Of a DNA stretch of 64,000 nt, positions 50,569-59,047 are shown piece by piece. The notes beneath the pieces are model-generated. The model was given only the letters and a program-made list of their open reading frames with translations. It ran no database searches and was not told where the DNA came from. The position numbers and the translations under genes are program-made. Numbering within the stretch: position 1 is the first letter of the stretch; each line of letters opens with the position of its first letter. Location: NCBI GenBank assembly GCA_000146465.1, contig CP001948.1; one strand, 5' to 3'.

Positions 50569-50933
50569 TCAGAAGCAGGGCTGCTCCCCAGAGACATAAG
50601 TCAAGTCGGAAGAAGAAAGTTTATTTCGCATTGTACTGCTTGACCATGTTAATAAAAACCTTCCCTGCAGGCGTAGATGGGCATATGACCCTCCTGCAAA
50701 AATACGTCTGCATGACTTGCATTTCCATATTCCAACTGCCGTTCTCTTCACACTCTTCTTTCCACATGCCTCACAGCTGTACTTGGCCCTCTGTGTTTCA
50801 AGAACCGCTTTCATTCTCTTACGGAGAGTCGATCCATATCTTGCTCCGAAAGAGCCTGCAATCCCTACCTTCTTGGTTTTTCCCTATAAGTTAGTCTGCT
50901 TCAGAATCCCCTTGGTCCCAAGTCACTTACCAT
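50569..50933 (-). CDS. RPL43: Ribosomal protein eL43 (L37a), two exons: ATG at 50931-50933, intron 50884-50930, exon 2 from 50883 downward
   Basis: Spliced product [69 protein letters not shown] matches the eL43 N-terminus and C4 zinc ribbon. The track ORF lacks the first 27 residues. The 3' portion appears frameshifted; see findings. Confidence 0.85.
50884..50930 (-). other. Spliceosomal intron, 47 nt, immediately after the start codon of eL43
   Basis: mRNA sense: ATG|GTAAGTGACTTGGGACCAAGGGGATTCTGAAGCAGACTAACTTATAG|GGAAAAACC. The 5' splice site is GTAAGT, the branch point ACTAAC lies 5 nt before a 3' AG, and splicing restores the reading frame. Confidence 0.85.
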
Positions 50934-51274
50934 TTTGATGGGTAAAAAAAATTCTCCTTAAACCGCAATACTTGCAGGACACCTTCCAAGAGATGATGCA
51001 TCCGTCAGGAGCGGTCGTTTATCTTTTCCTCAAGAAATCCCTCCCCCGTCAGTTTCTTGAAACTTTCAATGTTCTTATTGATGCTTTCTATTAATCTATC
51101 TCCAAGTTCTATTTCAATTCCCTTTGCGGGATTAGAATTCAGGTGAGAAATAGCCAATCCTACGAGAGACAGAAGCATCCACATTGTTTACAGGCTTCCG
51201 TTACACTAAATAGTCTGTGTTTTGGATCATTCATTTCAAAACTCGATACATCCAAAAACAACTTGGGTTTACTA

Positions 51275-52549
51275 TCAATCATATTCATCAGAATCCACAA
51301 TCATGCTATCGTTTTCAGATTCATACTCGTCCTCCTCAAAGTCGGAGCTTGCTCCGTCGTCAATAACCTCGCTCCTCGCCTTAATTCCCTTCGAGTGGAA
51401 GTACTGCTCCAGAAGTCCGAATTCATCTTTCGAAAGCCCACTGAAAGCGTACGGACCCTCGCAGAACAAAGTCATGTCAAATGTCTTGGCCTGCATACTG
51501 CTCAAGTTGATTCTACTAAACTCCACAAGCGATATCTCACTTAAATCCAACTTAACGGCTTTGGGAAGAAAGAGAACACAGTCTTCCAGAGGATATAACT
51601 GCCCCTCGTATGCCTTCATTGCACACCTTAGGCATCTCATTCCATCTCTAGACTCAAAAGCACTTCTCACAGACTTGGTAACACATAAAGCTTCCATCAC
51701 CTCGGAAAAGATCTCGGAAAACAGCCCAGAATACTCCTCCTTGAGCCTTTCGTCACTAGCACTTATCTCTCCCTCCGAATCGTCAAACGATACAACAATG
51801 CAGTCATATTTCGTCTGCCCCTGCCTGATAGGAGGGTCGACACACACCACAGCATATTTGTCTTCGTCTCGAATGTATCCTTTCTCAAGGACATAGAGTT
51901 GCTTGATACTTTTGTAGTATATCTTGTGGTCGTAGCTGCTCCCAACTAACCTTAGGTAATCTCGAAAGAAGATCAGGTTGAACTTCCCCCTCGGATAGGC
52001 AAAAGAAAGACCCTCCATCTTAAATATCTCGTCATCAACCGAGGAGCTGCATCCTTCCTTGACTCCCTCAATGGTCTTCTTGTTAGAAATAAACCTTATC
52101 TCCACATCCTTCAGAGATACAGAAAGTTCGTTCTTTATGTCGACGACGCTTTCGATGTCCTCAACAGGAATCTCAAGTATGGTCTTTGTGTTTCGGAACT
52201 CCAGTGCTCTCTGCCCATTGATCCCAAGCTCCCCAGAAAGGACGTCGACTATCTCCAGCTCCTTGACATACAGACTAACCTTGAAGTATTCGGAAAACAT
52301 TCTTTTTAACTCGTCAATGTAGTTTTGGTCCACATTATTGAGTTCATAGACTGTACTTCCAAATATTCTTATGGCCATTTTTCTTACTCCATAAAACAGC
52401 TCTGCATCTTTGACTTCGTCCTTCTCCATTGTGTATACTTCTCCATCCTCTGTCTTGATTGCTATTCCATCCCTCGAAATCTTGACTGTTGCTTTCTTGT
52501 CGGCTTTCGACTTCAAAAAACAGTTGTTAAGTGTCAGGACCTCCATCAA
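51275..52549 (-). CDS. POB3: FACT complex subunit Pob3/SSRP1
   Basis: VCVDPPIRQGQTKYDCIVVSFD ~ yeast Pob3 LAIEPPLRQGQTTYPFLVLQF; AMKAYEGQLYPLEDCVLFLPK ~ SFKANEGYLYPLDNAFFFLTK. Tandem PH-like domains and an acidic tail. Confidence 0.85.
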   Translation of the reverse strand: MMEVLTLNNCFLKSKADKKATVKISRDGIAIKTEDGEVYTMEKDEVKDAELFYGVRKMAIRIFGSTVYELNNVDQNYIDELKRMFSEYFKVSLYVKELEIVDVLSGELGINGQRALEFRNTKTILEIPVEDIESVVDIKNELSVSLKDVEIRFISNKKTIEGVKEGCSSSVDDEIFKMEGLSFAYPRGKFNLIFFRDYLRLVGSSYDHKIYYKSIKQLYVLEKGYIRDEDKYAVVCVDPPIRQGQTKYDCIVVSFDDSEGEISASDERLKEEYSGLFSEIFSEVMEALCVTKSVRSAFESRDGMRCLRCAMKAYEGQLYPLEDCVLFLPKAVKLDLSEISLVEFSRINLSSMQAKTFDMTLFCEGPYAFSGLSKDEFGLLEQYFHSKGIKARSEVIDDGASSDFEEDEYESENDSMIVDSDEYD

Positions 52550-52578
52550 GGGATAAAAACATCTGCGCCAAGACCTTC

Positions 52579-53772
52579 ATGGATGGAAGGCATGAAATGT
52601 CGGAGGAGGAGTACAAGAGACTAAGGAAGTCACAGCCAAAAAAGAAGAAGGTTCCCAGAGAGGACTTTGGAGACCCGTCGGAAATAGGAGGATTTAAAGG
52701 ACCCTGGAGTCGGTTTGTGGGGATCTGCGAAGACACAAAGACCCCAAGAGACGTCAAGGAAGAATACTCGTTGAAGAAAATAGTCAACAAGCATTGTCTA
52801 ACTGCAGGAAAGGAAAGATCGAGGAGCAGCTACTTTTTGTCCATGAAAGATCCAAGCCTGGGAAGAGTACCATCAAAGAAGTTTCTTGTTCCAAAGAGCA
52901 ACGTCATGCTATTCCACGACCACAAGGACATGGTTTCCTCTGCAATCCTCTTCCGAAAACATAAGTTGTTTCTATCCTCTGGCTTTGATGGAAAGGCATA
53001 TTTGTACAATCTGAAGGACAGGGAGCTTGTGACCACATACATGGGACACAGCAAGGGGGTATCTTCGGCAATAGTATCTGAGTGTGAGAGTAAATTCTCA
53101 ACAGTATCCTTCGATGGGTTCTTGAAAGGTTGGGATGTGGAGACGGGAAGATGCAACACAAAAGTAGACTTGGACTGCCCACTCACCTGCCAAACATCAG
53201 AGGCATTAGATAAAGCCATCTTTGTGGGAGGAATAGATGGAAGAGTCAGAACAGTAGATATGAGGAGCCGAGCTGTTTTAGATGCAATGATAGAAGAGAG
53301 GATCTCGGAAAAAGATGCTTTCAAAACATTCTCCATACGGGATATCCTTACAATCAATGACTCCTCCCTAGTGTTTACAAGGAGAGAGGGCTCTCTGCAT
53401 TACCTAGACCTCCGAAATAATCAAATAGTCAAGTCTCTTCGAAACTCTTACTCCTTCGTTGGATTCAGCCATGGGAAAAATGCCATTATGGCCACAGGCC
53501 AAGATGAGATTGTGCTTTTGGATGCTCATACTCTGGAGAAAAAGGAAGAAGAGATTAAGGCTCCCGAATGTTCTACTCCTGCAAAGGCCTCGGAAGACGG
53601 AGGTATTCTGTGTTATGGAAGCAGCAAGGGCCTTGTCAGCTTCTTCACTTCAAAGTCTACTGCTTCTTTTGGATCCGCCGGTGAGATGATAACTGCAGTT
53701 GACTGGATAGACGGTAGCTCTTCAAGCTTCATATCGGGAGACATACTAGGGAACGTGAAGATATGGGAGTGA
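52579..53772 (+). CDS. WD40 protein, probably pre-mRNA splicing factor Prp17/Cdc40
   Basis: Basic N-terminus then seven WD repeats; MGHSKGVSSAIVSE ~ Prp17 GHSKAVRDI. Start moved to the internal MDGRHEM to remove the overlap with Pob3. Confidence 0.5.
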   Translation: MDGRHEMSEEEYKRLRKSQPKKKKVPREDFGDPSEIGGFKGPWSRFVGICEDTKTPRDVKEEYSLKKIVNKHCLTAGKERSRSSYFLSMKDPSLGRVPSKKFLVPKSNVMLFHDHKDMVSSAILFRKHKLFLSSGFDGKAYLYNLKDRELVTTYMGHSKGVSSAIVSECESKFSTVSFDGFLKGWDVETGRCNTKVDLDCPLTCQTSEALDKAIFVGGIDGRVRTVDMRSRAVLDAMIEERISEKDAFKTFSIRDILTINDSSLVFTRREGSLHYLDLRNNQIVKSLRNSYSFVGFSHGKNAIMATGQDEIVLLDAHTLEKKEEEIKAPECSTPAKASEDGGILCYGSSKGLVSFFTSKSTASFGSAGEMITAVDWIDGSSSSFISGDILGNVKIWE

Positions 53773-53839
53773 CTTAAGAGATGTCTTTATTCAAATAAAA
53801 TTACATTCATAGAAGTCTACAGAACTAGAACAAGTAGTG

Positions 53840-54724
53840 TCATGATGTGCTGGAATCTCGAGATTTCTTCTTCTTTTTATCAACCTTCAGAAGAGACTTT
53901 GCAAGCTTCTTCTTGAAACGAGAACCAAGGCGCTTCATTTTCTTCTTAATTCTTGGCTTCTTGAACCTCACGTGTTCCATAAACTCTTCAAGGGATTCTT
54001 CATCACTCTTTGGCTCCCGATGCTTCTTTTTTTTCTTTTCTTTCTTTTTGGTCTTCTCTTTCTTTTCCTCTCTTTCTTCTTCCTCTTTCTTCTCATCCTC
54101 CTCTAGATTTTTCTTGCATCCAGGCTCCTCGTCATCAGTGGTTTCCGAGGAGATTCTTTCCTCTTGGTCCTTTTCCTTGGTATCTTTCTCGCCATCCTTA
54201 TCTCGATCCCCATGCAAGCCTCTCCTGCTCTTCTCTAGATATTCGCATCTATCTCTAAAAACTTTGATTTGGAATCGGAATTCCAGAGACTCTCTTCCAG
54301 GTGGCATGCACTCTTTGAACTTCACTTCTCTACCCACATCTGCCATACATAGTCCACTGTCATGCCCTATCACAATACTTTTGCACTTTGTTGGTGACAC
54401 AAAATGGAACTCAAATCCAGATGGAATATCCTTTCCTCTTCTTTTGTGTCCTCTATAGATTGTCATTCTTCTATATTTGCTATCTACAGTTAGATATCCT
54501 TCCCTTGTATAAAGCTTAAATCCATAAGGCACATTTCTATTCCAATCATATCCAAAAACATAGTCTTCTCTTCTCCGCTTGTCAACAGGCTCTAACCTCA
54601 GAGTTCTTAAGTTAAGGTATCTTCCACTCATCATGGATTTGATTGCAATCCCCATCCTTGACACTACCATTCCCAGATGCAATAGGATATAAACATTCAT
54701 GGCACCTTCCGAGATGCAAACCAC
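53840..54724 (-). CDS. Hypothetical protein with a K/E-rich low-complexity C-terminus
   Basis: Globular N-terminal ~170 aa followed by a (K/E)n tail encoded by the aaga/ctt-rich tract at ~53,990-54,130. Confidence 0.4.
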   Translation of the reverse strand: MVCISEGAMNVYILLHLGMVVSRMGIAIKSMMSGRYLNLRTLRLEPVDKRRREDYVFGYDWNRNVPYGFKLYTREGYLTVDSKYRRMTIYRGHKRRGKDIPSGFEFHFVSPTKCKSIVIGHDSGLCMADVGREVKFKECMPPGRESLEFRFQIKVFRDRCEYLEKSRRGLHGDRDKDGEKDTKEKDQEERISSETTDDEEPGCKKNLEEDEKKEEEEREEKKEKTKKKEKKKKKHREPKSDEESLEEFMEHVRFKKPRIKKKMKRLGSRFKKKLAKSLLKVDKKKKKSRDSSTS

Positions 54725-54833
54725 CTGTTTTAATATGTCACACCATCAGACACATATCCACTGATTGGTTAGAGAAACCAGAAACCCCAATCTGTTTTGG
54801 ATTCAGCTAAGAAAACAAGAAACAGATACTCGT

Positions 54834-55508
54834 TTATTGAACTACAGAGTCGATCACATCCATGATAGCAGACTCTTCCACCCGCTCGCATCCCCTTCTG
54901 CTTAGTACAAAAGATGATATTTTTTTCGAGTCGGACTGGACAACCTCCATGAGTCCGAGAATAGTGAGTCTTACAAGGTCTCCCTTGTCCTTCTTCTCCA
55001 AATACTCACATACTCTTTGGCTTTTCTGTCCAATCGCTCCACAGAAGAATTCAGAGAAGTTTCCGTCCGGCTCAATAACATACGCCACAGGCCTGGGCTT
55101 TAGTCCAAACAGAACTGTACGGACTCCAAATGGCCTTTGGTGGTAAACAACAGTATATCTCTGCTTATATTCACTTAGCCTTCTTGCAAGCTGATCGATG
55201 CTTATGTCCTCTCCCGTGGTATTTTTGTATGAAAAACATATCATCCTTGCTGCATTCATCACCAAATATGCATCAGGTTTGAACCCAGAGTAACTCATCC
55301 AAATACTCTGCCGTTCGTTGACAAGAAACACCTTTTCCTCCTCCAGAAAAAGCTTGTTCCCCGACTTTCTCTCAATGCTCACAGATATCTTCTCGGAATC
55401 TACCCCAAACACAACAAGAGACCCTTGCTCGCTGGCCTGCTGTGCATACTCAACCTGTATAAGCCTTCCGTCAGGTGAAAACACTGCCAGCTGCTCTTCA
55501 AATCCCAT
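54834..55508 (-). CDS. 20S proteasome alpha-type subunit
   Basis: AVFSPDGRLIQVEYAQQASEQGS matches the alpha-subunit N-terminal signature (FSPDGRL.QVEYA). Confidence 0.8.
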   Translation of the reverse strand: MGFEEQLAVFSPDGRLIQVEYAQQASEQGSLVVFGVDSEKISVSIERKSGNKLFLEEEKVFLVNERQSIWMSYSGFKPDAYLVMNAARMICFSYKNTTGEDISIDQLARRLSEYKQRYTVVYHQRPFGVRTVLFGLKPRPVAYVIEPDGNFSEFFCGAIGQKSQRVCEYLEKKDKGDLVRLTILGLMEVVQSDSKKISSFVLSRRGCERVEESAIMDVIDSVVQ

Positions 55509-55570
55509 TAAGGGCTACCCCATTTACTTTATTTTGGAATACTTCTCTGCATCCCGAGACACAAGGTTCG

Positions 55571-56290
55571 TCATAGTAGAAAAAGCTCCTCAATTTGTTT
55601 CTGTCTGTCATAGTGGTTTAGATACCCAAACCTTACACTAGACCCGTCATAGCACACATCAAAAGACTTCTCCTCGCAGACTATTCCATCGAGTATAATC
55701 TGAGGGTCTCTATCGATCTCCACTCGGATTCTGGTTCCCATCCTACACACAATAGGTTTGAAGTTGCATCTGTTTGGTGCAACCACATTAATGACTATTC
55801 CTTCGTCTAGAAGCAAAGGCCCGTTCAGGGATGCATTGTATGCACTACTTCCTATTCTTGTTGACACAATAACTGCATCTCCCCTCAATTCTATCATGGT
55901 GTCATCTATGAATATCTTGAATGTTCCAAGTCCCAAAGAGGACGGCTTAATGATAGCCTCGTTGAGAAAATAGTGTTTTGGCTGCAGACAGAGTCTCTTG
56001 GTCTCCATAAACTTGATTTCTCCATTTCCCCTTAGCCGTGCAATGAGCTCGTCCACAGAAGAGTAGGAGATGGGGCATAGAAACCCCACCTTTCCCCTAT
56101 TGATCGCATACACCACGGGAGGGTCCCGATAAGGTGCAATGGCTCTAAGTACAGTTCCATCTCCCCCAATGACTATAATTCCGTCGTAGTTGATTCCATG
56201 GTCATAAACATCGCAATCCAGTGAACTCTTAACTCTTTCAATGAGCTCTTCATTGACATCATTTTTGGTAACAAGCAAGAACCTTCCCAT
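55571..56290 (-). CDS. NAD+ kinase
   Basis: GGDGT motif in IVIGGDGTVLRA, an NE/D short motif, and a C-terminal conserved domain. Confidence 0.8.
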   Translation of the reverse strand: MGRFLLVTKNDVNEELIERVKSSLDCDVYDHGINYDGIIVIGGDGTVLRAIAPYRDPPVVYAINRGKVGFLCPISYSSVDELIARLRGNGEIKFMETKRLCLQPKHYFLNEAIIKPSSLGLGTFKIFIDDTMIELRGDAVIVSTRIGSSAYNASLNGPLLLDEGIVINVVAPNRCNFKPIVCRMGTRIRVEIDRDPQIILDGIVCEEKSFDVCYDGSSVRFGYLNHYDRQKQIEELFLL

Positions 56291-56337
56291 TGCGTTATTT
56301 CTGGGATCGGTGAAACAAGCTAAATTGAAGAGCCCTA

Positions 56338-57588
56338 ATGGAAGACATTCTTTTGAGAGGAATAAAGCAGAAGAAAAAGAGGATTCTAAAGGAGGAAGTT
56401 GAGTACAACGTCGATGGAGAAAGACTACCCCTTCTTAACACATTTGACAGTCTAAAGACAAAAGCTCCTTTTTCCTCTCCTCTTTTGGCCCAGAAGGTCG
56501 TTGTGCCGTATTTCATGAAGAAGTACAACATTATTGTACAGGCCTTTACTGGGAGCGGGAAAACACTATCGTACTGCCTACCGCTTGTCGAGACTGCACG
56601 AAACGAGAATCTTTTTGGAATGATACTTGTTCCTGGAAGGGCGCTTGTGAGACAAGTCTATAGGGTTGTAAGAGAAATCAAGCACAGGGAACTGGAGATC
56701 AAGGGGATCTACAGAGATGGTTCCGAGGACTTCTTTGTTGAAGAGGATGAAGAAGGGGGATTGGTTGAGAGGAGAATCGACAGTAGAACACAAAAGGAGA
56801 TTGCTGGGTTCCCTCGGGAAGGAGGAAGAATTGTAATAGGAACGCTCCCGTCGATTCTTAGTTTGATGGATCTGTTTGAAATGAAAGCTATCACACATCT
56901 TATTATAGACGAGGCAGATCTCCTGATAAACCCCGAGACCATCGATGTTTTTGCATCTATTCTTCAGGAAATAGACGTGGAGAAGACACATGTCGGATGT
57001 TTTAGTGCTACTATGAACGAGTATGTTGAGCAGGTTATAGAAACAGTGAAGAACATCACAAAGATACATATTGTGTCGAGGAAACATATAGACCATGAGT
57101 TTGTATTTGGGACAAACAGAAAGATCAAACACCTATCGCTGCTACAGATCGTTGCAGATGGAATTGAATCACCGACCCTGATATTTGTCAGAAATGAAGA
57201 GACCGGGGAGTTTTTAAGTAAGCTGCTGGATAGAAGCGGAGTTTATAAAGAAGGAAGCGGGGAAAGCGCAGAAGTCCTTGACGACTTCCGGCTAAAGAAG
57301 ATCTGGTACCTGTTTGCAACAGATGCATTGAGTAGAGGAATAGACTTCTATAACATTAGGAGTGTGATAAACTATGATCTTCCAGATACTAAGACCCAGC
57401 TTGTGCATAGGGTTGGAAGAGTCAATAGAAATTGCCAGGGACAAAAGGTGTATACAATCTATTCGGGCGAAGACTTTGGAAGAATCTCCCTTGTTGCCGA
57501 GTTTCTAGAGGAGAACGGACATGAGATACCAAGCCACATTACTCGGATTATAGAAAAGAGCCGGAAAAGGATTGGCAGGAGGAGCTAG
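56338..57588 (+). CDS. DEAD-box ATP-dependent RNA helicase
   Basis: Motif I AFTGSGKT, motif II IIDEADLL (DEAD), motif III SAT, motif VI HRVGRVNR. A CCC motif lies upstream of the ATG. Confidence 0.85.
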   Translation: MEDILLRGIKQKKKRILKEEVEYNVDGERLPLLNTFDSLKTKAPFSSPLLAQKVVVPYFMKKYNIIVQAFTGSGKTLSYCLPLVETARNENLFGMILVPGRALVRQVYRVVREIKHRELEIKGIYRDGSEDFFVEEDEEGGLVERRIDSRTQKEIAGFPREGGRIVIGTLPSILSLMDLFEMKAITHLIIDEADLLINPETIDVFASILQEIDVEKTHVGCFSATMNEYVEQVIETVKNITKIHIVSRKHIDHEFVFGTNRKIKHLSLLQIVADGIESPTLIFVRNEETGEFLSKLLDRSGVYKEGSGESAEVLDDFRLKKIWYLFATDALSRGIDFYNIRSVINYDLPDTKTQLVHRVGRVNRNCQGQKVYTIYSGEDFGRISLVAEFLEENGHEIPSHITRIIEKSRKRIGRRS

Positions 57589-58109
57589 CTCCTTTCCTCC
57601 TCTTCGGAGTCTGTGCAGAACGAATCCATATCGTCAACCATCTCTGCTATCCGGGTGCTAACGGGGTCTACGAGTCCTTCCACTTTCCCAACAAGATCCA
57701 TTTTCCTGCGGATTCCATTTGAGTTTTTGGACACCCGAGTAGTACTGTCTATCTGAAACAGCTGGGATGCACTCCTGAAGTCGGATGGATCGAAGCATGG
57801 AGACATCTCCAAGCCTTCTTCTGTGTAAGTTAGACATTGGTCCTCCGAGCATATGATTGTGCCTAATTGCCTGTCGTACACATTCCAGTAAAACTCATCG
57901 TCGCCAATGCTTACTGAATCATTTCCAGATATATACAAGTTTCCTATTGTTATTGCATATTTTCCCTCTTTTTCCTCGATGCTTGTGTTGATCAAGGGAA
58001 TTCTGCCAACCTTTAGTTCTAGATCCGGCTTGAGGAATAGCCTTATCTCCACCGGATTCTTAATATGCCCACAAGCACCCGATAATAAAAGTAGAAATAT
58101 AAATTCCAT
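57585..58109 (-). CDS. Secreted beta-trefoil (ricin-B-lectin-like) protein
   Basis: Signal peptide MEFIFLLLLSGACG, and QCLTYTEEGLEMSPCFDPSD...QLFQI shared with the other lectin-like paralogs. Confidence 0.5.
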   Translation of the reverse strand: MEFIFLLLLSGACGHIKNPVEIRLFLKPDLELKVGRIPLINTSIEEKEGKYAITIGNLYISGNDSVSIGDDEFYWNVYDRQLGTIICSEDQCLTYTEEGLEMSPCFDPSDFRSASQLFQIDSTTRVSKNSNGIRRKMDLVGKVEGLVDPVSTRIAEMVDDMDSFCTDSEEEERS

Positions 58110-58179
58110 ATCTTTTTATTTACTTCCAGGCATCCTGGTATTTATAAATGGGCTTCATCTACGATTGACAGACAAATAT

Positions 58180-58938
58180 TTACCACAACTTCTTACAAAA
58201 CGGGAAACTAAACCAAGGCATGGAGAAGCTGGAAGGACCGAACTTGGGCCTCCTCCAATTAAAATCCCATAACTTGCGAAGGACATCCTTTACATCATCC
58301 TTTCCATCAAGGTCCGGAAGGTTTTTTTTGGCATACTTCGAGAAGTCATTCTTGTCCTCCAGGTTCTTCTTAATCTTTTCTACCTCATCTCTATTTTTCC
58401 TTCCCAGGTTTTCTAATTTCTTTTTGAGCTTGAGCTGTTGCACCATTTCTGCCTCAGTTCTAGGCTTTGCGTTTAGATCGACCGAATCCAGACAACTTTC
58501 AACACCCATATCTTCAAAGAGGAAGACATGACTTCTACTTCTCCCGTTGCACCTCTCCAACACAAGTTTATTCTCATCCCTAGTGCTAAGGCAATATCCT
58601 TCCTGGGATACAGTGAATCCATCTCCACTCTTGGATATTTCCCAGAAATCTATGCTGTCCTCGCATTTAAGAAGATCCCTACCCTTCCGACACAACCAGG
58701 AGTCTCCAACACGAATCTTAAAGACTCGTCCATTCCTGTTGATCTGAGATCTTGTGTTATGTCCGTAAGTTAAATTAAGCTCATCCACAGCTCTAAAAGG
58801 GTTTGATCCAAAGTCTCTTTTGAGTTCGGAGACAAGAAGATGATACTCTGCTGCCAAGATTCTGATAGGTTTGTTGGTAAATGAGTCGAGGTATAGCGGA
58901 TAGGAAAATGCCATTCCAAGAACCAATATCAGAATCAT
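58180..58938 (-). CDS. Secreted beta-trefoil (ricin-B-lectin-like) protein with a lysine-rich C-terminal tail
   Basis: Signal peptide MILILVLGMAFSYP. DSWLC, DFWEI, YCLSTRDENKLVLERCNGRSRSHVFLFE, and a K-rich tail KLKKKLENLGRKNRDEVEKIKKNLEDK. Confidence 0.55.
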   Translation of the reverse strand: MILILVLGMAFSYPLYLDSFTNKPIRILAAEYHLLVSELKRDFGSNPFRAVDELNLTYGHNTRSQINRNGRVFKIRVGDSWLCRKGRDLLKCEDSIDFWEISKSGDGFTVSQEGYCLSTRDENKLVLERCNGRSRSHVFLFEDMGVESCLDSVDLNAKPRTEAEMVQQLKLKKKLENLGRKNRDEVEKIKKNLEDKNDFSKYAKKNLPDLDGKDDVKDVLRKLWDFNWRRPKFGPSSFSMPWFSFPFCKKLW

Positions 58939-59047
58939 GGATGTTGATCTGTATTCCCACTATTTAAAGAAGATGTGATACACGAGTTAGGAGATGTTTA
59001 CGCAAATCACAAGACAATCTTCAGTATAATCGTTTTTAATCCACGAA

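Noticed and set aside
50569-50680. Long C-terminal tail [15 protein letters not shown]... of the eL43 ORF taken as real protein
   Set aside because: It has no similarity to eL43. A single-nucleotide correction restores a canonical C-terminus, so the tail is probably a frameshift artefact.
53990-54130. Possible microsatellite or mobile-element remnant (ttc/ttt-rich tract)
   Set aside because: It is in frame within a gene and encodes a K/E-rich tail. There are no terminal repeats or transposase ORFs, so it is low-complexity coding sequence and not a mobile element.
53847-54458. 203-aa plus-strand S/F-rich ORF
   Set aside because: It is antisense to the K/E-rich low-complexity tail of the minus-strand gene, a poly-purine/pyrimidine shadow.
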